64,000 nt of DNA from an uncultured Verrucomicrobiae bacterium (GCA_963815455.1 CAWFGO010000002.1:640001-704000), one strand, 5' to 3'; shown: positions 19,277 to 30,978, counted from the first letter of the stretch. The notes: generated from the letters alone by a model not told the origin. Translations and numbers: made by a program.

Positions 19277-20234
19277 TTAGTGAATAATTTGAATGAAAAA
19301 GCGCGTACCTGGTGACTCGAACCTTGACGGCCGCTCATTGGAGCTAAACCTATGATGGGTATTCCCGTCATCCTCTCTTTTTCTGATGTCGCTCCACTCT
19401 TTCTTTGGTTCATGGGATTGGATCTTAGTGTCGAACTGATCGGCCAATCGCTTGGCCATGCGTTCCGCAGCTTTGTCTGGGTTTTGCCCTAGTTCGAAAT
19501 GACCCACCGCCTTCCCAATCAAGTTATGATATTGCCCCTCAAGCACCTTCGCATCGGCCACGTGTTTATCTTCGTGTTGCTTGGTAGCTTCGATCGCTTT
19601 TTGGTTTCGTAGTCCCCACTGGTCTGTTTTGGTTGCAATATCTCTCTTACCGACGGTGACATCATATTTTGTCAGTCTTAGTTCTCCGTTTGTATAAGGC
19701 GTGACCCCAATTTTGCGGTCTATATGAGTCTCTCCATATCGATCTCCTCCTGGATTCTTTATTACGTCGACCGGATTGAAACGATTGGGAGACCCCTCAT
19801 AGGGGTCGCTGTAGTCTAATCCCATTGGGTCGGTTCGATCCAACGGATCGTTGCCGCAATAGCGATAGAGATTAGTCGGATCGGCGTCGAAGCTCTTGGG
19901 ATCGCTCTGGAGAAAACGGCCGAACTCAGGTGAATACGCGCGGTTCCGATAATCGTAGAGCTCGAGATCGACCATCCATTCGCGGCCGGTGAAGAGGAAG
20001 CGATTACCAAACAGTGACGAGGGACGAGGGACGAGGGACGAGTGACGGGTCAAGAATGGTCGGCTTGCCGAAGATGTCGTATTTGTAGCGCTCGATCACA
20101 TTGCCGTTCGTGTCAGTCAGCGCGACCACGCTGCCTTCGGCATCGGTGTGATAATAGACCGTGCCGTAGCTGTCGATCTTGGCGATCATTTCGTCCTGCC
20201 GCATCGTAAACGAAAACAATCCAGCCGAATCCAT
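19277..20234 (-). CDS. Orphan Rhs core-associated domain plus C-terminal toxin; frame broken at a heptamer array
   Basis: YYHTDAEGSVVALTD...YKYDIFG (20004..20234) and GNRFLFTGRE...LYDYRNRAYSPEFGRFLQSDP...NLYRYCGNDPLDRTDPMGL (19277..20053). Confidence 0.88.
20015..20049 (-). repeat. Heptamer array CCGTCAC-(TCGTCCC)3-TCGTCAC
   Basis: Five consecutive 7-nt units inside the Rhs gene. Confidence 0.9.
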
Positions 20235-20271
20235 GCTTTGGAGGATGGCAGACCATTGCTAGAATGAACAA

Positions 20272-21609
20272 ATGAAAGGCAACGATCTGTCGCCCATGGA
20301 AAAGACGGCGCGCGAAATCGCTGCGCAGTTGCGCAAGGCCGGTCATATCGCCCATTTCGCCGGCGGTTGCGTGCGCGATATGATCCGCGGATTGACGCCG
20401 AAGGACTACGATATTGCTACTGATGCGCGACCAGAAGCGGTGCAGAAGCTTTTTCCACGGACCTACGCGGTCGGCGCGCATTTCGGAGTAGTGGTCGTCG
20501 TAGAAGGCGAGATGAATTTCGAAGTTGCGACTTTTCGCTCCGACGACGCGTACATCGACGGCAGGCGCCCGGTCTCAGTGCATTTTTCTTCACCGGAGGA
20601 GGACGCCAAGCGGCGCGATTTCACCATCAACGGAATGTTCTTCGATCCCGAGAAAAACGAAGTGATCGATTTTGTCGGTGGCCGGGCCGATCTGGAGGCG
20701 AAACTTGTGCGCGCGATCGGCGACCCGGCCCAGCGTTTCGCCGAAGATCGTTTGCGGATGCTGCGGGCGGTGCGCTTTGGCACGGTGCTCGATTACAAGA
20801 TCGACAATCAAACCTGGGACGCTCTCCTGGCCGATGCGTCGTCAATCACCCAAATCAGCGCCGAGCGAATCCGCGACGAGCTGGTGCGTATTTTTCTTTC
20901 GCCCAATCGGGTGCGGGGCTGGGACCTGCTCGACCAAAGCGGACTGATGCGCACGATCTTGCCCGAGATTGAGCCGATGAAAGGTTGCGAACAGCCCGAG
21001 CAATTCCATCCCGAAGGCGATGTCTTCACCCACACGCGCCTGATGTTACAGATGCTTCCCGGAAAAGTTTCGGTGCCGCTGGTATTCAGCGTGATCCTGC
21101 ACGATGTGGCCAAGCCGGTCACGGCGACTGTCGATCCAACCGGCCGAATTCGTTTTAACGAGCACGATCGAATCGGCGCGGCCATGACCGAGCAAATCAT
21201 GGAACGCCTGCGATTTTCGCGCGCGGAGATCGACGCCACGGTCGAGATGGTCCGGCAGCACATGGTTTTTAAGGATGTGCCGAAAATGCGGGTGGCGAAA
21301 TTGAAACGCTTCATGGCGCGGCCCACTTTCGACGAAGAACTGGAGCTGCACCGGGTCGATTGCCAGAGCAGCCATCGGATGCTCGATAATTACGAATTTC
21401 TCATGCGCAAACGCGAAGAGTTTGCCAACGAGCCGATCATCCCGCCGCCGTTTGTTCGCGGCGACGATCTCATCGCGCTTGGTTTAAAGCCGAGCCCGAA
21501 GTTCGGCGAAATTCTCGAAGCGGTGGAGACGCGTCAGCTTGAAGGAACATTGCGCACGCGCGAAGAAGCGCTCGACTGGGTGAAAAAAGAGTATTCGTTA
21601 AATGGTTAA
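20272..21609 (+). CDS. CCA-adding tRNA nucleotidyltransferase / poly(A) polymerase family, with HD domain
   Basis: GGCVRD...DYDIAT, RRDFTING, EDRLRMLRAVRF, HPEGDVFTH, LHDVAK. Confidence 0.93.
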   Translation: MKGNDLSPMEKTAREIAAQLRKAGHIAHFAGGCVRDMIRGLTPKDYDIATDARPEAVQKLFPRTYAVGAHFGVVVVVEGEMNFEVATFRSDDAYIDGRRPVSVHFSSPEEDAKRRDFTINGMFFDPEKNEVIDFVGGRADLEAKLVRAIGDPAQRFAEDRLRMLRAVRFGTVLDYKIDNQTWDALLADASSITQISAERIRDELVRIFLSPNRVRGWDLLDQSGLMRTILPEIEPMKGCEQPEQFHPEGDVFTHTRLMLQMLPGKVSVPLVFSVILHDVAKPVTATVDPTGRIRFNEHDRIGAAMTEQIMERLRFSRAEIDATVEMVRQHMVFKDVPKMRVAKLKRFMARPTFDEELELHRVDCQSSHRMLDNYEFLMRKREEFANEPIIPPPFVRGDDLIALGLKPSPKFGEILEAVETRQLEGTLRTREEALDWVKKEYSLNG

Positions 21610-21629
21610 ACGGCTAAATCGCTAAGTTG

Positions 21630-23081
21630 ATGAGAATTCTAATGATCAGCGCGGAAGGACCGCCCTTGCAACGCGCCGGAGCGCTGATCGATGTGATGGA
21701 TGCTTTGCCGCACGAGCTGCGCGACCGAGGCCATGATGTTAGTGTGGCCCTGCCATTCTATCGCGAGATCCGGGAAAATTCCGCGTTCAAGGAAAAGGAC
21801 ACGGGAGTGACTGTCGATGTTCGCGTCGGCGAGAAAACATACGTCGCCGAGTATCTCGAGGGACGCAGCCCAGAGGGCGTCCAGTTGTTTCTCGTCCGGT
21901 GCGATGAATTTTTCGATCGCCCGGAAATTTACGGCGAGCACGGCGAGCCCTACGAAGATAACGCGGCCCGCTTCGTCTTTTTCTGCAAAGCGACCCTGGA
22001 ACTGGCGCGCCGGTTGACGCCGGCGGTGCAGATTCTGCACGCGCACGATTGGGCGGCGGCGCTCGTGCCCGTTTTTGTGCATGCCCATCGGTTGCCGTTC
22101 AAAACCGTGCTCACGATTCATCATCTGGCCGAGCAAGGCAGTTTCTGGGGACTCGATTTCGCGCTAACGAATTTACCGGAGCGCTTTTTTACGCTGAACG
22201 GCCTCGAATATTTCGGGCGAATGAATTTTCTCAAAGGCGGAATCCTCTACGCCGATAAAATCACAACGGTGAGCGAGCATTATCTGCGCGAAATTCAGAC
22301 GGTGTCGGGCGGTTGCGATCTCGATGTCGTGCTCCGGGAAAATGCTCATCGCCTTTCCGGAATTCTGCACGGCGCCGATTACGAGCGATGGGACCCCGAA
22401 ACGGACAAGCTTCTTCTCGCAAATTACAGTGGCCATTCGCTGGCCGGCAAAAAATTTTGCCGGGAGACGCTCTTGAGCGGTTCACATCTGGCGCCGGAAC
22501 CGAGCGGCCCCGTTTTTGGAATGGTCACCCGCGTGGTCCAGGAAAAAGGATTCGAGATTCTGGTGCCGCTTCTCGACCGGCTTCTCTCGGCCGACGTGCG
22601 CCTTATTATTCTGGGCGAAGGCGATCCGGCCTACGAAACGGCGCTGGCCATCATCGCGCGGAAGTTTCCTTCCAAGTTCGCTTATCGCAAAACCTACGAT
22701 GAAAAAGTCGCGCACGTAATCGAGGCCGGAATGGATATCAGCCTGATCCCGTCGCGAATCGAACCGGCCGGGCTAAGCGCGATGTACAATCTCAAATACG
22801 GCGCTTTGCCGGTGGCGCGTGCCACCGGCGGCATCCACGACATCATTGAGGATTACGATCCGACGATGGACAGCGGTTACGGCTTTCTTTGTTACGAACA
22901 TTCCACCGAGGCGTTCTGGGATGCGATCAAGCGAGCTCGCGACGTTTTTCAAGATCGCGATCTCTGGACCAAATTGATGAAACGCGCGATGGCGAGAGAT
23001 TTTTCGTGGGATGAATCGGCAGCGCGATACGAAGAGCTTTATCGCGAGCTCGTCGGCCAAGAAGACGAAGCGGCGGCCTAG
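21630..23081 (+). CDS. glgA: Glycogen synthase-like GT5 protein, divergent
   Basis: HAHDW, NFLKGGILYAD, PSRIEP, ATGG; KTGGL replaced by RAGAL. Confidence 0.85.
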   Translation: MRILMISAEGPPLQRAGALIDVMDALPHELRDRGHDVSVALPFYREIRENSAFKEKDTGVTVDVRVGEKTYVAEYLEGRSPEGVQLFLVRCDEFFDRPEIYGEHGEPYEDNAARFVFFCKATLELARRLTPAVQILHAHDWAAALVPVFVHAHRLPFKTVLTIHHLAEQGSFWGLDFALTNLPERFFTLNGLEYFGRMNFLKGGILYADKITTVSEHYLREIQTVSGGCDLDVVLRENAHRLSGILHGADYERWDPETDKLLLANYSGHSLAGKKFCRETLLSGSHLAPEPSGPVFGMVTRVVQEKGFEILVPLLDRLLSADVRLIILGEGDPAYETALAIIARKFPSKFAYRKTYDEKVAHVIEAGMDISLIPSRIEPAGLSAMYNLKYGALPVARATGGIHDIIEDYDPTMDSGYGFLCYEHSTEAFWDAIKRARDVFQDRDLWTKLMKRAMARDFSWDESAARYEELYRELVGQEDEAAA

Positions 23082-23262
23082 CCTTGCCGGTCAACGCTGC
23101 CGAATAAACACGCGGGCGGATCGTCAAAACTCCTGCCGCGGAAAGCGGCATTTTGGTGACTTCGTTCAATTGCGATCCATGACCGCGCTCTCTCTGGGAC
23201 CGACAAGTTCTTGCAATAGAAATGCCTTTGGTATCTGCTCGGCGATTCCTACCAATGGCGTT

Positions 23263-24489
23263 ATGACTCGCTCGCAATCGCCGTTTAAGCCGATGCTGGC
23301 GGGTTTATTCCTTGCCTTGGCCCAGATCGCCCTGGCGGTGTTTCTCCTCGCTCCGGAGGGACCGTTTTCCTATCGATATTCCTCTCTTATTCAGCACGAC
23401 AGTCTCTGGTTCATGAACATCGTCGACCGCGGCTATGGGACCACGGTGCCGCCGATCGATCATAAAGTGATGGAAGTTTCCAACGTCGCGTTTTTTCCAG
23501 CCTACCCGGCGATTGCCGCCGTCCTTCGTTACGCTTTGCACTTCGATTCCGGTAATGCGCTGCTGATCACGGCGCAGACCGCGGCCTGGGGCTTCTGGAC
23601 CTACTTCTTCCTGTTTTGCGAACGCTGGAATCTTTCGCCCACGCTCCAATTTTTCGGCGCGATGTCGATCTTCGCCCATCCGGCGGCTTTCTTCCTGATC
23701 GCGGCATATTCGGAATCGCTTTTCCTGATGGCGTTGCTCGGTTTTATGTATTGGAGCAGCGCGGAAGGGCGATCGGCCAAAATCCTGGCCGCAATTCACG
23801 GCATCGTGATGTCGGCGACACGAATTGTTGGAATCCCGTGCGCCGCTTTTCCAGTTGTGCGCTCCGTTATTGCAAAAGGTCGGGCCGGTTTGCGCGACCC
23901 ACGGGCGTGGCTCCGCCAGCACACGCAGGCGATTGCTTTGATGCTGGTGGCGACGCTGGGCGCACTCCTGTTCTTTGCCTATTGCCAACTGCGCTGGGGC
24001 CACTGGGATATTTACATGCTCACGCAAGGAGCTGGTTGGGGAATCGCTCCGGATTATCTCGCGCTGTTCAAGCCTTCGAGTTATCGCTGGTTCGTTCCAG
24101 CAATGGATGATCCGATCGAAGCGAGCCAGATGTCAGTCACACTCGGCGCCCTGCTCTTTCTTGCGATTGCCATCTGCGAATTCTTCCCCCCGATTCGCAG
24201 GCTCACGAACTGGCCCACTCGCGCCGGAATCTACTTTTGCGCAGCCGTGATCTTTTACGTCTCGTTGAGCGGGGTCGCGGGCGTCTCGATGCAAAGCATG
24301 CTTCGCTACGAGCTTTGCGTCCACGCGCTGATCGTGCTCGCGCTCGTGAATTTTCTGCACCAATTTCATACCCCGCCCGTCTTCGCACGCGCGCTTGGAA
24401 TGGCCGGAGTCGCTTTGACTTGCGCAGCCGGGCTCAGTCTGCAGGGATGGTACATTTGGAATTTCACGCGCGGACATTGGGTGGCCTAA
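23263..24489 (+). CDS. Multi-TM GT-C mannosyltransferase-like protein
   Basis: HDSLWF...GY, AFFPAYP, YSESLF motifs. Confidence 0.7.
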   Translation: MTRSQSPFKPMLAGLFLALAQIALAVFLLAPEGPFSYRYSSLIQHDSLWFMNIVDRGYGTTVPPIDHKVMEVSNVAFFPAYPAIAAVLRYALHFDSGNALLITAQTAAWGFWTYFFLFCERWNLSPTLQFFGAMSIFAHPAAFFLIAAYSESLFLMALLGFMYWSSAEGRSAKILAAIHGIVMSATRIVGIPCAAFPVVRSVIAKGRAGLRDPRAWLRQHTQAIALMLVATLGALLFFAYCQLRWGHWDIYMLTQGAGWGIAPDYLALFKPSSYRWFVPAMDDPIEASQMSVTLGALLFLAIAICEFFPPIRRLTNWPTRAGIYFCAAVIFYVSLSGVAGVSMQSMLRYELCVHALIVLALVNFLHQFHTPPVFARALGMAGVALTCAAGLSLQGWYIWNFTRGHWVA

Positions 24490-24496
24490 CATCGAA

Positions 24497-26017
24497 ATGA
24501 AAACAACTGTTGCCATAATCGGCGCCGGACCGGCGGGACTCACCGCCGCCTATCTCCTGGCCAAAAACGATGTCGATGTTGTCGTTTTGGAAGCCGACCC
24601 AGTTTACGTCGGCGGCATTTCCCGCACCGCCACCTACAAAGGCTTCCATTTCGACATCGGCGGACATCGCTTCTTCTCAAAATCGAAAGCAGTGGAGGAT
24701 TTTTGGACCGAGATTTTGCCTAACGATATGCTGGTGCGGCCACGCTCCTCGCGCATTTTCTACGATGGCACATTTTTCTCGTATCCACTCAAGCCCTTCG
24801 AAGCTCTTTTCAAGCTCGGCATTCTCAGGTCTGTCCTGTGCATTTTCTCGTGGTTGAGGTCGCGCTTCAATCCGGTGCGAAACCCACGCAACTTCGAAGA
24901 CTGGGTCAGCAACCAATTCGGCAAACGGCTATTCAATATCTTCTTTAAAAGTTACACCGAAAAAGTCTGGGGAATGAGTTGCCGGGAAATCTCCGCAGAT
25001 TGGGCGGCCCAACGCATTAAAGGTCTTTCGCTTGGAAGCGCGATCAAGAACGCTCTCGTGCCGCAGCGCTATAACGGCGATCGCGCAAAGGTGATTAAGA
25101 CACTGATCAATTCATTCCGTTATCCGCGCCGCGGACCCGGGATGATGTGGGAAACCTGCGCTGAAAAGACCAGGGCGCTGGGTGGCCGGATCGAAATGGG
25201 CTGCAAAGTCACTCGCTGTTCCTACGATGAAATTTCCCGAGCATGGGCGCTCGAGTACCAGGATCGGCAAGGCGCGGCGGCTACGATTGAAGCCGAGCAC
25301 GTCGTTTCTTCCGCGCCAATGCGTTCGCTGATTTGCGGATTAACTCCACCCGTGAGCGATCAAGCCAAACGCGCCGCGGAAAGTTTGAAGTATCGCGACT
25401 TCTTAACGGTCATGCTCATTTTGAAGGAACGAAATCTGTTTGCCGATAATTGGATTTACATCCACGACCCGAGTGTAAAGGTCGGCCGGATCCAAAACTT
25501 TCGTTCCTGGTCGCCGGAGATGGTGCCCGATCCGGACAAGGCCTGTTACGGTCTCGAATATTTTTGCTTCGAGCACGACGGCCTGTGGAATTCGACCGAT
25601 GCCGATTTGATCGAACTAGCCAGGCGCGAATTGATCCAGATCGGGCTCGCCGAGGAGAGCGATGTTGTCGATGGAACGGTGGTGCGCCAGAAAAAGGCCT
25701 ATCCGGTTTACGACGATGATTACGCGCGCAACGTGGCGACAATTCGCCAGGAACTCGAAAATCGTTATCCGAATCTTCATCTCGTCGGCCGGAACGGGAT
25801 GCACAAATACAACAACCAGGACCACGCTATGATGACCGCGATGCTTTGCGTGGAAAATATTCTGTCCGACACCAAGCTCTACGATCTCTGGCAGGTGAAC
25901 AGCGACGCCGAGTATCACGAATCCGGCCCGGCTGCACGTGAAGAAACCACAGGCACCGCGTTGCGCCTCGTCCCGAGTCGCGTCGTCGCCACTCCCGAGC
26001 TCGCGCCGGAAAGCTAA
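24497..26017 (+). CDS. FAD-dependent oxidoreductase (protoporphyrinogen oxidase / UDP-galactopyranose mutase-like)
   Basis: [33 protein letters not shown]. Confidence 0.85.
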   Translation: MKTTVAIIGAGPAGLTAAYLLAKNDVDVVVLEADPVYVGGISRTATYKGFHFDIGGHRFFSKSKAVEDFWTEILPNDMLVRPRSSRIFYDGTFFSYPLKPFEALFKLGILRSVLCIFSWLRSRFNPVRNPRNFEDWVSNQFGKRLFNIFFKSYTEKVWGMSCREISADWAAQRIKGLSLGSAIKNALVPQRYNGDRAKVIKTLINSFRYPRRGPGMMWETCAEKTRALGGRIEMGCKVTRCSYDEISRAWALEYQDRQGAAATIEAEHVVSSAPMRSLICGLTPPVSDQAKRAAESLKYRDFLTVMLILKERNLFADNWIYIHDPSVKVGRIQNFRSWSPEMVPDPDKACYGLEYFCFEHDGLWNSTDADLIELARRELIQIGLAEESDVVDGTVVRQKKAYPVYDDDYARNVATIRQELENRYPNLHLVGRNGMHKYNNQDHAMMTAMLCVENILSDTKLYDLWQVNSDAEYHESGPAAREETTGTALRLVPSRVVATPELAPES

Positions 26018-26055
26018 TCCAGCCAGCGCCGGATTTTGCTCGCGCCTCTTTAGTC

Positions 26056-26220
26056 TGTCATCCTGAGCCGCGCAGACGGCGAAGGATCTCACGAAACGTC
26101 CTGCGCTTGCGTATCTCAAAGGCACCACAACACGAGTGCCTCGCACGTTGATTCTTCAAAGCACGAAAGCATCTCACGCGCACGGGAGATCCCTCGTCGT
26201 CTTCGCGACTCGGGATGACA
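26056..26220. repeat. Inverted pair of TGTC-type REPs with ~95-nt spacer
   Basis: TGTCATCCTGAGCCGCGCAGACGGCGAAGGATCTC...GAGATCCCTCGTCGTCTTCGCGACTCGGGATGACA. Confidence 0.85.
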
Positions 26221-26313
26221 ACAGCGGAATACGCTCCCGAACTCGCACCCGAAGCCAAAGAGATTCCAGTTTTTTCCTTGCTCTACCAAATATTCTGAGG
26301 CGTTTATTCCCTC

Positions 26314-26932
26314 ATGCCAACGCGGCGCAACCGGCCGAAAGCGGAAAAATTCAACCGTGATGCCGAACTGCCATTTCAATTGCGACTCAAGGATTTCGAG
26401 CTCGCGATGCAGGACGTTTACGACTTATTCTTCGACGTAAACACGAGCTTGCTCGAAAAGGGTTTAGAACGTCTGGATGATTTCTTGCGGCCGGCGATCA
26501 TGTCCGGTCTGCTTTCGGATCTGCTGACTGCAAGTGTCGCCAAGCATTCCCGTACGCTAACGCAAAACAACTACTTTAATGGCCACCCTGACTTGGTGGT
26601 GAAAGGAGTTTATCCGAACGACTCAATCAAGGCTGGAACGAAAGGCGTCGAAATCAAGACGACGCGCAAGGCTGGCGGTGCGGTGGATACACATGGCGCC
26701 CGGGATCAATGGATGGCGGTTTTTGTCTACGACATCGACAATGTCACTGAGCCCGCGCGCGAAAGAGGCCCTATGAGATTCACCGAGATCTACCTCGCGC
26801 ACGTTTCAGTCGAAGACTTTCGAAAAAATCCCGCGCGGCGAACTCGGCACCCGCACCGCAACGTTGCATCGCGAAGGAATTCAAAAGCTCCGCGAGAATT
26901 GGATTTATCGGGATGTCCTAGTCAAATCTTGA
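26314..26932 (+). CDS. Putative type II restriction endonuclease, PD-(D/E)xK (probable frameshift near 26830)
   Basis: GHPDL...GVEIK; alternative frame ends RGELGTRTATLHREGIQKLRENWIYRDVLVKS*; convergent with an MTase. Confidence 0.6.
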
Positions 26933-27793
26933 GCGCACAAAGTTTCGGTATGGCGGCGCGCGCTATCTCGAAGTAGCGCGGGTCTTTCTCGATGCCGATG
27001 CTCTTGTAACTGAGCGCTTCAGCGGCGGCTAACGTCGATCCTGCGCCAGTGAACGGATCGAGACCGTTCCTTCGCCCATGGGCAAGACCGCGCGCACGAT
27101 TTTTCGGACAAAGGCCTGCGGCTTTAAACTCGGATGCGGCGCGAGAGCGCGCTCTGTCTTACGCGTAGGCGCCGAGGAGATGACATCGCCAAATGGTTGA
27201 TCCCTTGATGGGCGGCGAAAGCCGCCAGTTCTCCATCGTCGCAAATTGTCCTGCACGCGCCCCTCAATCGGTTTGCGGAAAATCAACCACGGCTCCCACA
27301 TCGAGCGCGGCATGACGCTGATCTCCGCGAATTCCGTGTGCGCTGCTTTTGGTCGATCACCACCGCGCATGGTCATCGTCAGGCGAATAACTTCGCCGCG
27401 GCGTTCAAATCCCGCGCGCGTCACTGCGCCCGCAACAACGAACGACAGAAGCGGATTCGATGCGATCAAAACGTGCGCGCCTGGAACGAGGATCGGAAAC
27501 AGCAAACGCGCCCACGCAGAAAAAAATCGTTCCAACTCGCCGATATCGTCGCGCGACAAGACTGTAAAACGTGGGAGCGGTGCGCGCTTGTTCCCGTCGA
27601 ACGAAGGCGGGATTCGCCAAACTCCACCGCGGCCGGCTCGCAATTTCGCCTGTTCTTCATCGCTATATTCCACCAAGCCGTATGGCGGATCAGTCACAAC
27701 CGCTTCGATGCTGTTCGTCTGGGCGTGCGCCAACCAATCGAAGCAATCGCCATGAATCAAAGTCGCTTTACCGAACCGAAACGCCCCGCGCAA
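26922..27793 (-). CDS. Site-specific amino-DNA methyltransferase, beta class (frameshift near 27062)
   Basis: GDC, VTDPPY, HPSLKP, then LDPFTGAGST...GIEKD in the shifted frame. Confidence 0.92.
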
Positions 27794-28079
27794 AATTGGA
27801 GTATGTCGATCTTCGCTGGCCGTTTTGCTCCACGAGGGCCAATGAGGTTTGTGCTTCCTCCCGCACCACGTAATGCCCGCGATCCATTTTCTTAAAGAGT
27901 TTGGGCGTATTCAGCCGCAAGTAAGATCGAATCGACGAGGCTGGTGTCGTCCCGATCCGCTGACTGACTCCCTCCGTGATCTCCGCGACCGTCGCGCCGC
28001 TCGTTCGATAGGCCAGCGTCTCCATGATCGCATCACGCACGGCCCCAGGTTTACGCTTCGTTGGTTTCGAATATTTCAA
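27768..28079 (-). CDS. Winged-HTH protein, probably the N-terminal domain of the MTase
   Basis: DAIMETL...ATVAEITEGV...SSIRSYLRLN...FKKMDRGHY; overlaps the MTase ORF by 26 nt. Confidence 0.6.
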   Translation of the reverse strand: MKYSKPTKRKPGAVRDAIMETLAYRTSGATVAEITEGVSQRIGTTPASSIRSYLRLNTPKLFKKMDRGHYVVREEAQTSLALVEQNGQRRSTYSNFARGVSVR

Positions 28080-28133
28080 TATTCAAAATTAAACGTTTGA
28101 AGCGTCTTTCGGCAATAAATTATTCGGGCTACG

Positions 28134-30978
28134 TCAAATTTCAACCGCCGGACACGAACAAAACAAATTCCGGTCGCCGTAGACATTGTCGATCCTCGCC
28201 ACCGCGGGCCAGAACTTGTGGTCGCGTGTCCAGGGCGCGGGAAACGCGGCTTGCTCGCGCGAATAGGGCCGGTCCCATTTGTCGGACGCGATTTGTCGCG
28301 CGGTGTGCGGCGCGTTCTTGAGCAAATTGTTTTCTCGATCCTGTTTGCCGCTGGCGATTGCTTCCATCTCGGCGTGGATCGACATCATCGCTTCGCAAAA
28401 ACGGTCGAGCTCGTGTTTCGGTTCGCTCTCGGTCGGCTCGATCATCATCGTGCCCGCGACCGGGAACGAAATTGTCGGCGCGTGAAAACCATAATCCATC
28501 AGGCGTTTGGCCACGTCTTCCACTTCGATTCCTGCGGTCTTCCACTGGCGAAGATCGACAATGCATTCGTGCGCCACGAGGCCGTGTTTTCCTTTAAAAA
28601 GAATCGGGAAATGACGATCGAGTCGCTTCGCGATGTAATTGGCATTTAGAATTGCGACCTCGCTGGCGCGCTTCAATCCCTCCGCGCCCATCATGCGGAT
28701 GTACATCCAGGTGATTGTCAGAATGCTCGCGCTGCCGTAAGGCGCAGCGGACACAGGACCGGGAGTATTTCCGATTTTCGATTTTCGATTTTCGATGGTG
28801 GGGACGCCTGGCAAAAACGGCGCGAGATGTTTCGCTACGCCGATTGGGCCCATGCCGGGACCGCCGCCGCCGTGCGGGATGCAAAACGTCTTGTGCAGAT
28901 TCAAATGGCAAACATCGGCCCCGAAATCGCCGGGGCGACATAGCCCGACCTGCGCGTTCATGTTCGCGCCGTCCATGTAAACCTGGCCGCCATGAGAATG
29001 AACGATGTCGCAAATCTCGCGAATGGTCGGCTCAAAAACGCCGTGCGTGCTCGGATACGTCACCATAAGCGCAGCCAAATCTTTTGCGTGCTCGTCCGCT
29101 TTGGCGCGGAGATCGGCCAGATCGACATCGCCATCTTTCAAGCAGGCCACGGCAACAACTTTGAAGCCGGCCATGACCGCGCTGGCCGGATTGGTTCCAT
29201 GCGCCGAAGTCGGGATCAGGCAGACGTTACGATGCGCTTCGTTGCGCGAGGCGTGATACTCACGGATTGCCAGCAGCCCGGAGTATTCGCCCTGCGATCC
29301 GGCATTCGGTTGCAGCGAGACCGCGGCGAATCCGGTGATTTCAGCGAGCCAGTCTTCCAGTTGCTTGCACATGTCGATGTACCCGGGCGTTTGATCGGCC
29401 GGCGCGAACGGATGCAGCTTGGCAAATTCCGGCCACGAGATCGGGAACATCTCCGCGGTCGCGTTGAGTTTCATCGTGCAGGAGCCGAGCGGAATCATCG
29501 AATGACAAAGCGACAAATCGCGCGACTCGAGCCGGCGCATATAACGCAGCATTTCCGTCTCGGTGTCGTGCGTGTTGAAGATCGGGTGAGAAAGAAATGA
29601 CGAATGACGAATGACGAATGACGAATCCGAGGATGAATGCGAGCTGTCGGCAAGCTTCGTCCCGAAAATTTCGCAGAGATCCGCCAGATCTTCTTTCTGT
29701 GGTCGTTTCGTCGAGTGAAATGCCGACGGCGTGATCGCCGAGTTTTCGCAAATTGATTCCGGCTTTTGCCGCGCGTCCCAAAATGTCATCAGCGCTCGTG
29801 CTGCCAAGATCGACATGAAGGGTGTCGAAGAAACCCTGGTGAACGATCTTCAAACCGGAATCCGTCAGGCACGGCGGGTCAGGTTGTGCACGCGTTCGGC
29901 GATTGCGCGCAGGCCGCGCGGTCCGTGATAAACGGCGTACATCGCAGCGATCACTGCGAGAAGGACCTGGGCCGTGCAAATGTTGCTGGTCGCTTTATCG
30001 CGCCGGATGTGTTGTTCGCGCGTTTGCAACGCGAGCCGATACGCGGGGCGGCCTTCGGCATCGTGCGAAACGCCGACCAGCCGTCCCGGCATGTGGCGCT
30101 TGTATTGATCGCGCGTGGCAAAATACGCCGCGTGCGGTCCGCCGAACCCGAGCGGTACGCCAAATCGTTGCGTGTTACCCACGGCAACATCGGCGCCGAA
30201 TTCGCCCGGCGGTTTCAACAATGTCAGCGCGAGAATATCGGCGGCCACGACGACCAGCGCGCCGGCATCATGCGCCTGCTTAACGAATTTGGCGTAATCG
30301 TAAATCGCGCCGTCGGTGGCGGGATATTGAACTAGCGCGCCAAAAATCGTGTCGTCGAATTTGAATCGCGAAAAATTGTCGATCTTGATTTCGATGCCGA
30401 GCGGTTTCGCCCGGGTCTGGGTCACTTCGATCGTTTGCGGATGACAATTGTCGGCCACGAAGAAAGTTTTTCGATCTGAGGCGACGGCATGACAAAGCGT
30501 CATCGCTTCGGCGGCGGCGGTCGCTTCGTCGAGCAGCGACGCATTGGCGATGTCCAGCGCCGTCAAATCCATGATCATCTGCTGGAAATTCAGAAGCGCC
30601 TCGAGCCGGCCTTGAGCAATTTCCGCCTGGTACGGCGTGTAAGCGGTGTACCAGCCGGGATTTTCGAGAATGTTCCGCTGAATTACCGGCGGCGTGACGC
30701 AATCGGAATAGCCGGCGCCAATGAACGAGCGCGCAAGTTTGTTCTTCTTCGAAATCGCGCGCAGCTCAGCCAGCGCTTCCATTTCCGATTTCGCTTCCGG
30801 CAAATTCAGTTCCCGATCCAACCGGATATTTTTCGGGACCGCGGCGTCGATCAGGCCATCCAGATCGTCGAACCCGACTTCGCGCAGCATCTGGCGCACT
30901 TCCTCGTCATTCGGCCCAATATGCCGGCGCGCAAAGTCCGAGTCGGACTGGCATTGCCGATGCTATTTTCGCGCGCAT
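28134..30978 (-). CDS. gcvP: Glycine dehydrogenase (decarboxylating), P protein (frameshifted; start approximate)
   Basis: [59 protein letters not shown]. Confidence 0.96.
28772..28796 (-). repeat. Heptamer array (AAAATCG)n translated in gcvP
   Basis: Peptide [10 protein letters not shown]. Confidence 0.85.
29596..29626 (-). repeat. Heptamer array (TCGTCAT)4 translated in gcvP
   Basis: Peptide [10 protein letters not shown]. Confidence 0.85.
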
